In this document: piece by piece, positions 26,259 through 37,398 of the stretch
Position numbering within the stretch: position 1 is the stretch's first letter
Layout of the letters: every line of letters starts with the position of its first letter
Assembly (NCBI RefSeq): GCF_001194135.2
Contig: NC_068984.1
Coordinates: 18,247,530 to 18,311,529 of the forward strand
DNA length: 64,000 nt
Reading direction: 5' to 3'
Source: Octopus bimaculoides
Taxonomy: Eukaryota
Program-made: the position numbers and the translations under genes
The notes under the pieces: generated by a model
The model's database searches: none
What the model was told of the DNA's origin: nothing
Seen by the model: the letters and a program-made list of their open reading frames with translations, nothing else

Positions 26259-26393
26259 GATATTGACAACTTGATGAATGAAGGTAACAAATCCAGAACT
26301 GTAGCAGCAACTAACATGAATAGTGAGAGCAGCCGCTCTCATGCTGTCTTTAACATAATTGTCACTCAGACACTTGTTGACAGTGGGTCAATG
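26259..26393 (+). CDS. KIF13: Kinesin-3 (KIF13-like) motor-domain exon with switch I, encodes [45 protein letters not shown]
   Basis: Switch I NxxSSRSH motif. [13 protein letters not shown] and [12 protein letters not shown] match KIF13/Khc-73 rather than KIF1 (GNKARTV), from recalled sequences. Acceptor (ttc)n-ttgtag|GAT, donor ATG|gtaagt; 135 nt, phase 0/0. Confidence 0.95.
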
Positions 26394-26673
26394 GTAAGTG
26401 AATTCTCTCTTGTCAATTGTGTGCACCGCTGTGATTTGATGTCTGTATATAGCTCTATTGATGTCTATCTTGTATCCAGTCATACATTGTATGACTGCAA
26501 TCACATGGAAAGGTGGAGTTCTTGGTTCATTTCCTTTTTGTTTTTTTGTTTTTTTAACCAGTCACTCCCCTCCCATTTCTTCTAATCTGTCTTTCGGCAT
26601 CAGACAGCAGGTGGGGCGTGCAGTATTTAGGTGAAAATATTGTATTGTGATAGTTTTGTATTTGTTTTATTTT

Positions 26674-26707
<34 letters not shown>

Positions 26708-26964
26708 CCTAAGATTCAAGATAGCTGTCGGAGATTTTCCGCAAGGTTATCTAGAAAAATAGGATTATGCACATCGATATTGGAGAAATATATGTAGTCT
26801 CGTTTCTCTTAAGTTTTCACCAATAATTAGTAATTTGGAGGCAGTGAAGAAATATAAAACTACCAGTGTCTTTATAAATGTTGTTGTTGCTTTTGTCATT
26901 GTCAGCATTGTTGTCCTGATTATCGTTATTATCGATATGATATTGTTGTTATCGCATAGGCATA

Positions 26965-27345
26965 GACATGGCTGTGCAGTGCAGAACTTCACTTTACAAC
27001 CACATGGTTTTGGGTTCAGTCCCACTGTGCAGCACTTAGACAAGTGCAACGTGGCACTTTAGCCGAGCATCTCCTACTATAGCCCCTGGCCAACCAATGC
27101 TTTGTGAGGGAATTTGCTAAATGGAAACTGTGTGTGTGTGTGTTGTTTGTCCGCACACCACTTGACAACCGTTGTTGGTTTGTTTACATCTCTCTAACTT
27201 TGTGCTTTGGCAAAAGAGACCAATAGAATTAGTACTAAACTTTAAAAAAATAAGTTCTGTGTGTTAATTTGTTTAATTGAAACCCTTCAAGGCAGTGCCG
27301 CAGCACGTTCCCACTCCAATGACTGAAAAAAGTAAAAGATAAAAC
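26965..27345 (+). mobile_element. CORE-like tRNA SINE (same family as 43052)
   Basis: GGGTTCAGTCCCACTG B-box; body and 3' end GACTGAAAAAAGTAAAAGATAAAA homologous to 43052-43432. Confidence 0.75.
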
Positions 27346-28366
27346 ATGACATTCTTATTATCATCACATCTATCTGGTGATGTTGCGGCTCACACCACTG
27401 TCTTTTTCATCATTCTTGTTGTCACCATCATCATTGTACTTCCAGCTTTGCCAACTCAAGTTGAATATATCTGTAAGAACATGAAACAGGTGAACTAAAA
27501 GCTCATTGCTGTGCATTTTACCCAACTTGTCTCAGTTCTTCATGTCAACTCTCTCTTTCTTTCTCTCTCTCTCTCTCCTCTCACTCCCTTTCACTCTCTC
27601 CTTCACATACAGCCTCTCTCTCATGCTCTTCCCTCCCTCATGCTCCCTCACACTCTCTTGCCCTCATCATCTCACCCTCTCCCTCTCACCCTTGCCTTCA
27701 CACCGGCTCCCTCTCCCTCACACACACACAACCAATGAATAATCACCTTTGTAAAACTCACTGGACTGAAGTGGACTCCACTGCAAACTTTCTCTTGTGT
27801 GATAAGACTGACTGACCAAGGCATCCTAACAAGACCCTTCATTTTTAAAGGAATTCAATTCACTATCACATGTTTCCCAAAAGCTCTCAGCGACAAGTAT
27901 TGCTACCTTTTAATGATCACATGATCTTTCTACTCACTCAAGTGAAGTGGAACACATTGCAGTGACTATAACAGAACTTGAACTTCTAATCTATTCTCCT
28001 GCTTGTCTTTCTGAACTGTGCAGTGGCATCTCGGCTTAGTTTTTTCTGCCTTTAGTATTGCCTTACATGATAAATCTTGCTGAGAAATATTGACAATTTC
28101 TGTTTTGATTGTCTCATTATAACATACATTTGAAATATAAAACTTTCAGTTCAGTGACGTAAACTGAATAAGCATTTTTTTTTTCATTCAGTTTAACAAC
28201 AACCTGTTTGTTATCCGAGGCAAATAAAATCAATAGAGACTCAAGTGTCATTGCAGTCGCAGAAAGTGATTAATCAGCTTTAATATAGATATTCATACTG
28301 CTGATAGCAATGGTGGTAATAATAATAATAATAATAATAATCAATAATAAATAATGATGATAATAA

Positions 28367-28556
28367 TCCTTTCTACTATAGGCACAAGGCCTGAAATATT
28401 TTGGGGTGGGGTTAAGTCAATTACTTCAACCCCAGTACTCAACTGGTACTTTATTTATCGGCCCTCAAAGGGATGAAAAGTACAGCCGACTTGAGCAGAA
28501 GTTGTACTCTGAACGTAAAGACAGATGAAATACCACCAAACATTTCACCCAGCATG
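28367..28556 (-). mobile_element. Nin/Deu-like SINE with (ATT)n tail
   Basis: On +: (AAT)n then AATCCTTTCTACTATAGGCACAAGGCC; homologous to 3335-3545. Confidence 0.75.
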
Positions 28557-30339
28557 CTTTTATGGGAATATTTGAACCATATCTTGTCTAATTTATCACT
28601 GCATTCAGCATTAAACAAGGGAGGTCACTCTAAGAACTCTCGTCTTGTGAAATAGCATTGTTTAAGCAATATTTTCAGAACATTTCGAGAAAACAGTTCA
28701 AAACCAACCTTTTCGTACTCCAAATTAGGTTGAAAATTATATATAATAAGGACATGAATCCCCCCTAGGGCTATGCCCCGTTAACTCCTCTATCACTCAC
28801 TCCCTTTATTTATCTCACTGTATTATGCTGTCAGTATGACTAAGGATGATTGCAGCAGTTCTCTCTGCTGTTAGCCAGACATTGCTCCCTTTTGCCCTTG
28901 CCTGTGTTTCTTAACATCTGTTCACCATCCTCTGTTTGCTTTCCTTCACCCATACCCATTGCTTATCTCTCAATCAGCCCCCTTCGCTCCTTAATTCTCA
29001 TCATACTATGCTCCTGTGGGACTGAAAATGGCAGTGGACCTCTTTTGTTCATCATACATTGCCTGTAGTTAGGACGTCACTTAACCTATTCTGACCCTTT
29101 CTCTGTTACTCCTCTGTGATACTTATTGGTACCAAACCAAACCAAACTACTTTCCATTTACCCTGCCACTATGTACATCACTCAATCCCTCTGGTCCTTT
29201 TCATAACCTCTGTGTAGATAGCAGCATTAGACTACTTTGTGTCAGCAGTCATCCAGATTGGATTGAGTTGGCTCCAGCCAACAAGTTCACCACGTCCCTT
29301 ACAAATGCTGACCACATCCGACAATCAGCTGTGGTTGAGGCTGTAATGGATACTCTCTTCCAGTTCCACTGCCAAAGACCACAGATGCAGGGGCCCGATT
29401 GTGCTTCCACACCCACCCCTGACATGACCGGCCATGTCTTCAGTTGTCCTTCAACTCATTTGCAGTGAGATGGCAGAACCATTACTACACCAGGCAGAAT
29501 GCTTGACAGCATTTCGTCTGTCTTTACATTTTGAGTTCCAGTTCCATCAAGGTCAGCTTTGCCTTACATTCTTTCAGGGTTGATTAAAAAAAAAAAAAAC
29601 TGTATTATACCACTTATACTCAATTCACTCTACCTTCATCCTTAACCTCTTATATTGCTTGTCTTAACCTCGTGTCACTCTGCCAGTATACTCTTATACT
29701 TTTTCTCCTACACATTTTGGGCCTCTGTCTTCCCTTGCTCTATCGCTTGAGTTTCATGAACTACTGACACCACCTTACCATCTCAGGATGAGTTCATCCA
29801 TGCTTCTGTCACTTATACATTGCACTCTGTAACGAGGCAGATGAGTGACCCCTGAAATTGTAAGTTTGTCCATTTAGTTATGACTAGGGTGTGGCTACCT
29901 CTCTAGTGTAGCATCAAGAAAAATGCACTCAGTACACTGTATGAAGTAGTTGGTGTTAGGAAAGGTGTCCAGCTAGAGAAAACTAACCAAACTAAAACTG
30001 AGGAAGATAAGGTCCCCTTATCTTCTTTCTATCATGGGGCTTCTTTGGGCTCTTTAGTCTTACAAGTAACAAGGCTACTAGTGCTGGTGACATGAAAGAA
30101 TTTCCTAAAATACTCTGTAATGTGGTTAGCATTAAGAAGTGCACCAAGCTGTAGAAACTATGCCACAATGAAAATATTAAACTACTTGCATTGTTGATGT
30201 GCAGAGAAGAGCATTTACATATCCTGCAAGGATCTTAAGAAAGATTTTTTTTGAGATTAGAGGAGACTCTGCACCAAGTCTCAAGACAACACCTCTGCTG
30301 ACTAATATAACAAGTTACAGTTTTAATGATAATTATTAT

Positions 30340-30548
30340 TTGAAATTTTGGCACTAAGCCTGTAATTTGGAGTGAGTAGCAGGTCTATTTCATCAACCCC
30401 AGTATTTGACGGGTATTTTATTTTATCAACCCGAAGTGGATGAAACGCAAAGTCAACCACAGTGACATTTGAATATAGAACATGAAGCCAGATGAAATGC
30501 CACTAAGCATTTTGTCTGGCATGGTAATATTTCTGCTAACTGCTGCCT
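30340..30548 (-). mobile_element. Nin/Deu-like SINE
   Basis: Homologous core and tRNA-like head; head abuts (AAT)n at 30553-30606. Confidence 0.7.
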
Positions 30549-30552
30549 TATT

Positions 30553-30606
<54 letters not shown>

Positions 30607-30609
<3 letters not shown>

Positions 30610-30958
30610 CAGAGAGCACAAACCTCCACCAAGGCAATGTCCTCTCAACAATTAGCAAGAGATGATTTTTAAAATGAGAATAACTGAAATAAACTTGACT
30701 GCTCTCACAAACGGAATACTAAAAATGAACTCAGCCGCTCTCAAAAGTTAAGTAAAAAAACGACAGGAAAAATAATCCAGAATCCTTGTCCAGTACTGAA
30801 TCGATCCCAAAATCTAATCAGTTCATGCCAGTCACGAGGCCAAACATCCCTGAAAGTTTCATCTGAATCCATCCAGCGGTTCTTGAGATATCTTGTCCAC
30901 GGACAAACAAACAAATATGACTAAAAACAATACCTCCACCTTCGCTAAGGTAGAGGCG
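30607..30958. mobile_element. Helentron/HINE-like non-autonomous element (about 350 bp)
   Basis: Begins ACTCAGAGAGCACAAACCTCCACCAAGGC and ends in hairpin CCTCCACCTT-CGCT-AAGGTAGAGG, whose right arm is inverted to the 5' CCTCCACC. (CAAA)n precedes the end; no TSD. Class assignment is inference from architecture. Confidence 0.5.
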
Positions 30959-30979
30959 ATGATGATAATAATAATAATA

Positions 30980-31036
<57 letters not shown>

Positions 31037-31183
31037 NNNNNNNNNNNNNNNNNNNNNNNNNNNNNNNNNNNNNNNNNNNNNNNNNNNNNNNNNNNNNNNN
31101 NNNNNNNNNNNNNNNNNNNNNNNNNNNNNNNNNNNNNNNNNNNNNNNNNNNNNNNNNNNNNNNNNNNNNNNNGTGGTGGTGGT

Positions 31184-31398
31184 TTCAAAGTTTAGCACAT
31201 GGCCGGTAATTTTGGGGGTAAAGGATGAGTTGCTTTCATTAACTCCAGTACTTCATAGGTACTTTATTTTAACAATCCTGAAAGGATTGAAGGCCAAGTT
31301 GACCTTAGCAGCATTTGAAATCAGAATGTAAAGAGCTGGAGGAAATACCGCCAAGCACTTTATCCAACGCTCCAACAATTCTGCCAGTTCACCACCTT
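31184..31398 (-). mobile_element. Nin/Deu-like SINE
   Basis: Homologous to the other copies; head abuts AGAATAATAATAATAA. Confidence 0.7.
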
Positions 31399-32016
31399 AA
31401 GAATAATAATAATAAAAAGACGACGACGAGAAATTTGTTGTAGGTTGTATGTATCCTTCTCTATACCCGAAGTAAAGTTAACTTAGTAATAGCAGAATAA
31501 TGATGCAAATTAACATATTGCATTTTAGCTGGGCTGTTTCTACTCTACAGTTTTATTCCTCGTTTGCATGTTAGAAAAAACAAATGTAATTTTATAATTG
31601 GTAAATGAAATCATTAAAATCAATAAAACTGATAGAACTTTCAATCTCTTTTGAACTGTTTTCCGATATAATTAGTTAAAGCCTTCCTTTGACACGTCTT
31701 CTTAAAGAGGAATATTTTAAAAAATTTATAGTGTTACAATAATGTCTCGAAATCCCTGAGTTTGTTCGTTTATTTGTTTTACTGTTGTTGCAGTAATTAA
31801 GCGTTGTTTTCTCGGTTTGTTCTTTTCTTTTCTGCCAATTCTATAAATTCTGGATTTTGTCTTGGGAACAAAATTTTTATGCTCAATTTGTTATTGTATT
31901 GCTGTGAACTATCTGTGCATGTACATGGGGAGGTGTGTGTGTGTGTATGTGCATGCGTGGGTAGGTGGGTGTAAGTGCATGCGTGCGTATGTATGCATGT
32001 GTGTGTATGTATATAT

Positions 32017-32048
<32 letters not shown>

Positions 32049-32946
32049 ATGTATATATGTGTTTGTGTGTATGTATGTATGTATATGTGTGTGTGTGTAT
32101 GTCTGTGTTTATATATATATATATATATTTGTATTTTCTCACCGTGTTTAAATTAGCTATGATGCAAAAACAAGAGCATTGTCCTAGCATTTACTGTTGA
32201 TTGAGAATCAGTTGTTAAAAATATTTCAAGTGTGGTTTTTAGTTAAAAATAACTGAAATGTTACTGCAACAGTCTTATCTTGTGAGCAAGGTTTTTACTA
32301 AATTAATGAAGAATGTGAAGCATTTCTTAATTCAACCAGAGTTAATTGAATATGGTTCATTACTAATCATTTTCCTTTGCTTTAATGAGAAATTACGATA
32401 ACTTTCGGTTATTTGAACATATTTGTAATGTTTGTTTATCGATGTTATGTTTGAATAGTTAATTAATCTGTTTAAATTAGGATGTTGTAGAAACGAGAAA
32501 TAACTAGAATGTTACTAACATTTAACTAAATATAGAAAGTGCTATATAAAAATAATAATACAAAGTCGCAATTTTAATTAACAGATAAACAGAAATAAGT
32601 TGACCTCAAATGAACTTCACTTATTTATTTTTAGGGGGTGGGGGTTAAAGCTTGTTGTGTCCCTAGTTTAACATCCCCATATTACCATTGCGTTGATAAG
32701 TACCTACTCAGTTGCAAGCAGGGATCAGGCTTGTAGCTGGGAGTTTTCATGATCTTGGAACACACTATGACCTTTGACATTTCACTAGATGTCTAAAACT
32801 AACTTCATTAGACACTTCACTCTTCACTTTCTTTTCTGGCATCTGTGGACTCTGAGCCAACGTTGATACCACACATCACTTTTTACTAACATGCAAACCC
32901 CCACATCCTATTTATAACTGAAACACAAATCTCTGAGATCTATCCT

Positions 32947-33351
32947 TCACTCAGTTCTATCCATCACTCAGCTCTATCCATCACTCACCGCTGTCCATTG
33001 CTCAATTTTATCTGTCATTCAGTTCCATCCATCACTCAACTCTATTCATCGCCCAGTACTATCTGTCGCTCAGCTGTATCCATCACTCAGCTCTATCCAT
33101 TACTCAGCTGTATTGCTCAGCTCTATCCATCCCTCAGTTCTATCCATCACTCAGCTCTCTCCATTGCTCAGTTCTTCCTGTCATTCAACTCTACTTGTCA
33201 TTCAGCCCTATCTCTCACTCAGGTGTATTTGTCACTCAGCTCTATCCATCCATTGGTTCTATCCATCGCTCAGTTCTATCCATCACTCAGTACTAATCAT
33301 TGCTCAGTTTTACCCACCATCAGCTCTATCCATCACTCAGCTCTGCTGTCC
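32947..33351. repeat. Degenerate 17-bp minisatellite, consensus TCACTCAGCTCTATCCA, about 24 units
   Basis: Units counted by eye; register mostly kept at 17 bp with a few indels. Confidence 0.9.
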
Positions 33352-33379
33352 AGGCTACATTCTGAAAGATAGTATGTGG

Positions 33380-33745
33380 TTCCATTCTCCCTGCCAATCC
33401 TCCCTTCCTCCTGGATATCAGCAACGAAGACTTGCAATTACTCAGCTTCAAAGTCTCCCCGTAATACATCTGCTTCCTCTACCATTCTCCAAACTGCTCC
33501 AAATCGCCGACACCTCTTCAACCGTATCTTATCTTACATTTAGAACAGCTTTCTCTCTTCATCCCTCTCCAAAATTATTGCCATCAGTGATTGCAATGCT
33601 CACACTGGTGGTGTGGAGAGGGGAGGCCGGTATGCATGGACGACTGCTGGTCTTCCATAAACAACCTTGCTCGGACTTGTGCCTGGGAGGGTAACTGTCT
33701 AGGTGCAATCCCATGGTCAGTCATGACCGAAGGGGGTCTCAGCAC
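33380..33745 (+). mobile_element. Internally deleted LINE relic: APE-endonuclease fragment joined to a LINE-like 3' end
   Basis: ICFLYHSPN and IIAISDCNAH (compare YRSPN and GDFNAH of APE domains), then a GC-richer tail with hairpin GGACGAC-TGCTG-GTCTTCC. Confidence 0.55.
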
Positions 33746-34288
33746 ATACACACCAAGTGTAGAAGCACTTCCATTCACTTCAAACTAAAAAGGTTACCAT
33801 ACCTGACAATGTCCTTTCCATTACCTTCAAACAATGCAACCCAGAAATCACCCTTAAACGCACAAAAGTTTTAAACTCCTCCCCCTCTCTTTCTCTCTCT
33901 CCCTCTCCCCCTCTCTCTCTCCCTCTCCCCCTCTCTCTCTCACACACACACGTGTGTATTCTTAGGAAAACCTCTGTATTCCAATAAACCAAAGTTAATG
34001 GAGTTGGCCACCAGCACCCTATTGAATGTCTCTCATTCCTTAATGACCACAAGTACAGCTTCTGTATACCAAGGTTTGCTGAGGACCATCTCTCCTATGC
34101 CATTACTTTGTGGTGTCTTGCCTTCAAGTTTAGTGTAACAGTGTTGTTGCTCTCAATATCACCTGTGCTTTCAGCTGTGTCATGTCTAAATCCACTGTGG
34201 AACCTACCCACCTGTTGACTCTGTCCTCCATTCATCTCTTGGGTCACCAGGGTTTTCCTGTCAGTTTGCCACTATTGTAGCATGTTGT

Positions 34289-34612
34289 GAAGGTGCATGG
34301 CTTAGTGGTTACAGTATTTGGCTCATGATTGTAAGGTTGTGGGTTCAATATCCAGCAACACATTGTGTCCTTGAGCAAAACGCTTAATTTCACTGAGCTC
34401 CAGTCCACTCAGCTGAAAAAAAATGAGTAGTACTTATATTTTTCGAAGGGCTAGCATTGTCACACTCTATACCATGCTGAATCTCCCTGAGAACTACATT
34501 AAGGGTACGTGTGTCTGTAGAGTGCAGCCTCTTGCATGTTAATTTCTTGAGCAGGCTGTTCCGTTGATCAGATCAACTGGAACTCTTGTCTTTGTAACTG
34601 ACAGAGAGCCAT
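34289..34612 (+). mobile_element. tRNA-derived SINE (9374 family)
   Basis: A-box TGGCTTAGTGG, B-box GGTTCAATATCC, 3' half homologous to 9590-9755. Confidence 0.8.
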
Positions 34613-35322
34613 TTTAAGACCCCATCCAGAGAAAGGCAACTCAGCTGGTTAGCTCCAAGTCTCCCACAGACATGTTGTCTCCCATCTCTGCTGTTTTTTC
34701 TAGCACTATTACAATACCCTCTGTTACTCTGGGTTGTTAGTCTCATGCCACCTCTGCTCAAGAACTCTCAACTCACCTATTACTTTTAATTTCATTACCT
34801 ATATTGTGTTGAATTTAACAGGTCCCACTAACCTCTTCAGTTAGTGTTAGCCTGCTTCATTCACCCCCTCTCCCCCACTTCTCTGTCTTGCCTGCAGTTA
34901 TCAACCAGCAAAAACTGAAACAGAACATCAACAGTATCTATTTCACCAGTTTCAGCATGTGTAGGGCCCCTCGTTCCAAAGTTCCAAATCAAACTGATAA
35001 ATTTAACTTGTCTTATTGACTTTCTTGTGGGCATTTTTTTCCATAGAATAGTGAGTGGAGAGGTACTTTGAAGTCTGCTGTATAGGCTTGTGGTTAGGGG
35101 GCAGAGATGTAGAGGTAAACTCAGAGACCACCTTGGGCAACACACACCCTTGCTATGCCGATACATTTTTGTGTTCTAATACACTTGGTATTTTAATACA
35201 ATATTCAGTTATTTTATTTATCACTTTCAATAAGATTGCTATAAATCGTGACTGAAATATTTATTACATTATTACATATGCATATACATATGTATATATA
35301 CATATATATATGTGTGTGTGTG

Positions 35323-35357
<35 letters not shown>

Positions 35358-35764
35358 CTTTTGAAACGCCTGATATATGAAACAAATGAAAGACCCATAA
35401 CATAAAGGAAATCTTTTAACAATAAAATGTTTATTATTAAATATTACAAAAGAAAATAAATTATGAAAGTTTTAAACCTTGTTCTAATATTTGTCAGAGA
35501 ATCTGCCATTCTGTTTCACTCTTTGCACCTCTCTCATCATTCACTCTAAACTTCTCTTCCATTTTCTCAACCGGAAAAATTCCCCTTTCAAAAAAAAAAA
35601 AAAAAAAATCAAAAAGTTTATAACACTTAAATAATCCTCTTCTACTTGATGACTGAATTAACGTCTAGTGTAACAATAATAATTTGTGCTTTCATGTATG
35701 CTTGTGTACACATGTGTCTGTCTATGTACGTATGTGCAAATAGAAGTTCTCTTCTTTTTTTTTG

Positions 35765-35798
<34 letters not shown>

Positions 35799-37398
35799 CA
35801 TTAACGTTATTATTAATTCACATAATACTTAATTTTTTTTTCTCTCTGTGAGTACTTTAAGTGTACAACACTTGTAAAGCCAGTTCATAATTACTTGCTA
35901 ACATCGTTGTGTGTTTTTTTTTTTTTTTTTTTTNNNNNNNNNNTTTTTTTTTTTTTTGTTATTGTTATTGTTTTTTTTTTGTTTGTTTTTTTCTTTTTCG
36001 TTTTTTCTTTTTTTTCTTTTTTTTTGAAAGATCAGTATGAGTATGGTATAAATATATGCAGGATCACATCCTGGAATTTGTGGTCTTCCGGAAAAAAATA
36101 AAATAATAATCAATACGTTTTTGTGACATATTGAATTGCATGTATATTCAAATTTCTTTGTTGATTAGATATTCATAGTAGTTAGAGTTGGTAGGTGTCT
36201 GTTACCAACTCTGCTAGAATTCTTGACTTCGCACTGCTTATCACCTTCAGTCTCACTACTGCTACTGTGTCTCTGTGATTAGCAACAATTTCATGTGGGA
36301 ACAGTTGTGCTATGGAAGTAATTTGAACCTCTGTCATACAAATATAATTGTATTTCTCTTCTGTATTGGCACAACACATTTTTGGGGGGTTTTTGGGGTT
36401 ATTTTTCTTTGTTTTTTTCATTTCATTTTTTGAACACAATTTCATAGAATTAAATGCCAGCATTGTGTGAGCTGTGTTGTATTGCTGTTGTTGTTGTGTA
36501 TGTGTTTGGATATAGAGAGGTGTGTGTGTCTGTGAATACACACATCAGGTAAAGCAGTGTGTAAATGTACATATGTATATTTGTACACATAAGAGATATG
36601 TGTGTTAGTATATACTGTATTTTATACACAGTGCAGATATCACTAGTGTGTGTAGACCATTTTATACACACACAGGTAGTACAGGAATGTGTGTACACTT
36701 GGATTTTTTTTTATATAAACACAGGTGTGTGTGTATGTGTGTGCGCATAACAATATTTGACTATAACACAGTAGATGTAAGTATATGTATGTAGATAAAA
36801 TAAATATGTTTGGAATTAAAACAAACATTTTTTTTTAACATACAGGCTAAACCTTACTGACTCTTTTTCTTTTTGTTTTATTTATTTTTAATGTTACATA
36901 ATTTTAACTGTCATTCTCAGAGAGAGTGAGTTCAAATGGAAGAACTTCCAAGTAATTCTCTTCTTCTCCAACAATTGCATACAGTTTCTTGATGTCTTTG
37001 TTCTCTTCCATTTAGATTCATTCTCTGTGCTCTATAAGTGTTCTTTATTGGTATATATACCTGCTGCTTAGAATGATTAAAACTAAACCCATTTTTGCAA
37101 CTGTTTTCAGATTTTCCCCGATTCTTGATGAAATTCTTAGAAATCTTAGAAATTCTTATACTTGTTGTTTTCCTATCTGTTATTGGTTTCTTTGAAACAA
37201 AATTTATTCTTCATATCAGTTGTTTGTCTCCTCCTGTGTATATTATTTTTGAATAATCATTTATTTGTCTGCAGTCTACAAACAACTATGATTGATTTTT
37301 CCCATGAAAAAAAAAGAAGAGAAAGAAAATAAAGATTGGAGATTAGGGGGTGGGGGTATTTTCTTTGCTGGTAGATATTTTATTAATATTTTTTTTGT

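Noticed and set aside
26477-26497. Hairpin CAGTCATACA-T-TGTATGACTG 84 nt after the KIF13 donor
   Set aside because: A palindrome with 10-bp arms is roughly expected once in 64 kb of AT-rich DNA, and no extended exon-complementary sequence was seen.
26271-26585. 104-aa ORF starting MMNEGNKSR
   Set aside because: Read-through of the KIF13 exon into intron past the GTAAGT donor.
29268-29468. 66-aa ORF ending PDC...GHVFSCP, faintly like a LINE C-terminal zinc knuckle
   Set aside because: Similarity too weak to call; at most an old retroelement relic.
31503-31510. Octamer motif ATGCAAAT (also about 2072 and 18122)
   Set aside because: Expected by chance several times in AT-rich 64 kb.
35900-36025. 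A-rich tract (minus strand) 1.4 kb past the nested stop codon as a retrogene poly(A) scar
   Set aside because: Interrupted by a gap, no TSD or parent gene identifiable, and such tracts are common here.
36182-36541. 119-aa minus-strand ORF downstream of the nested gene
   Set aside because: Partly simple-repeat-derived, no recognisable domain or splice signals; probably 3' UTR or intron.
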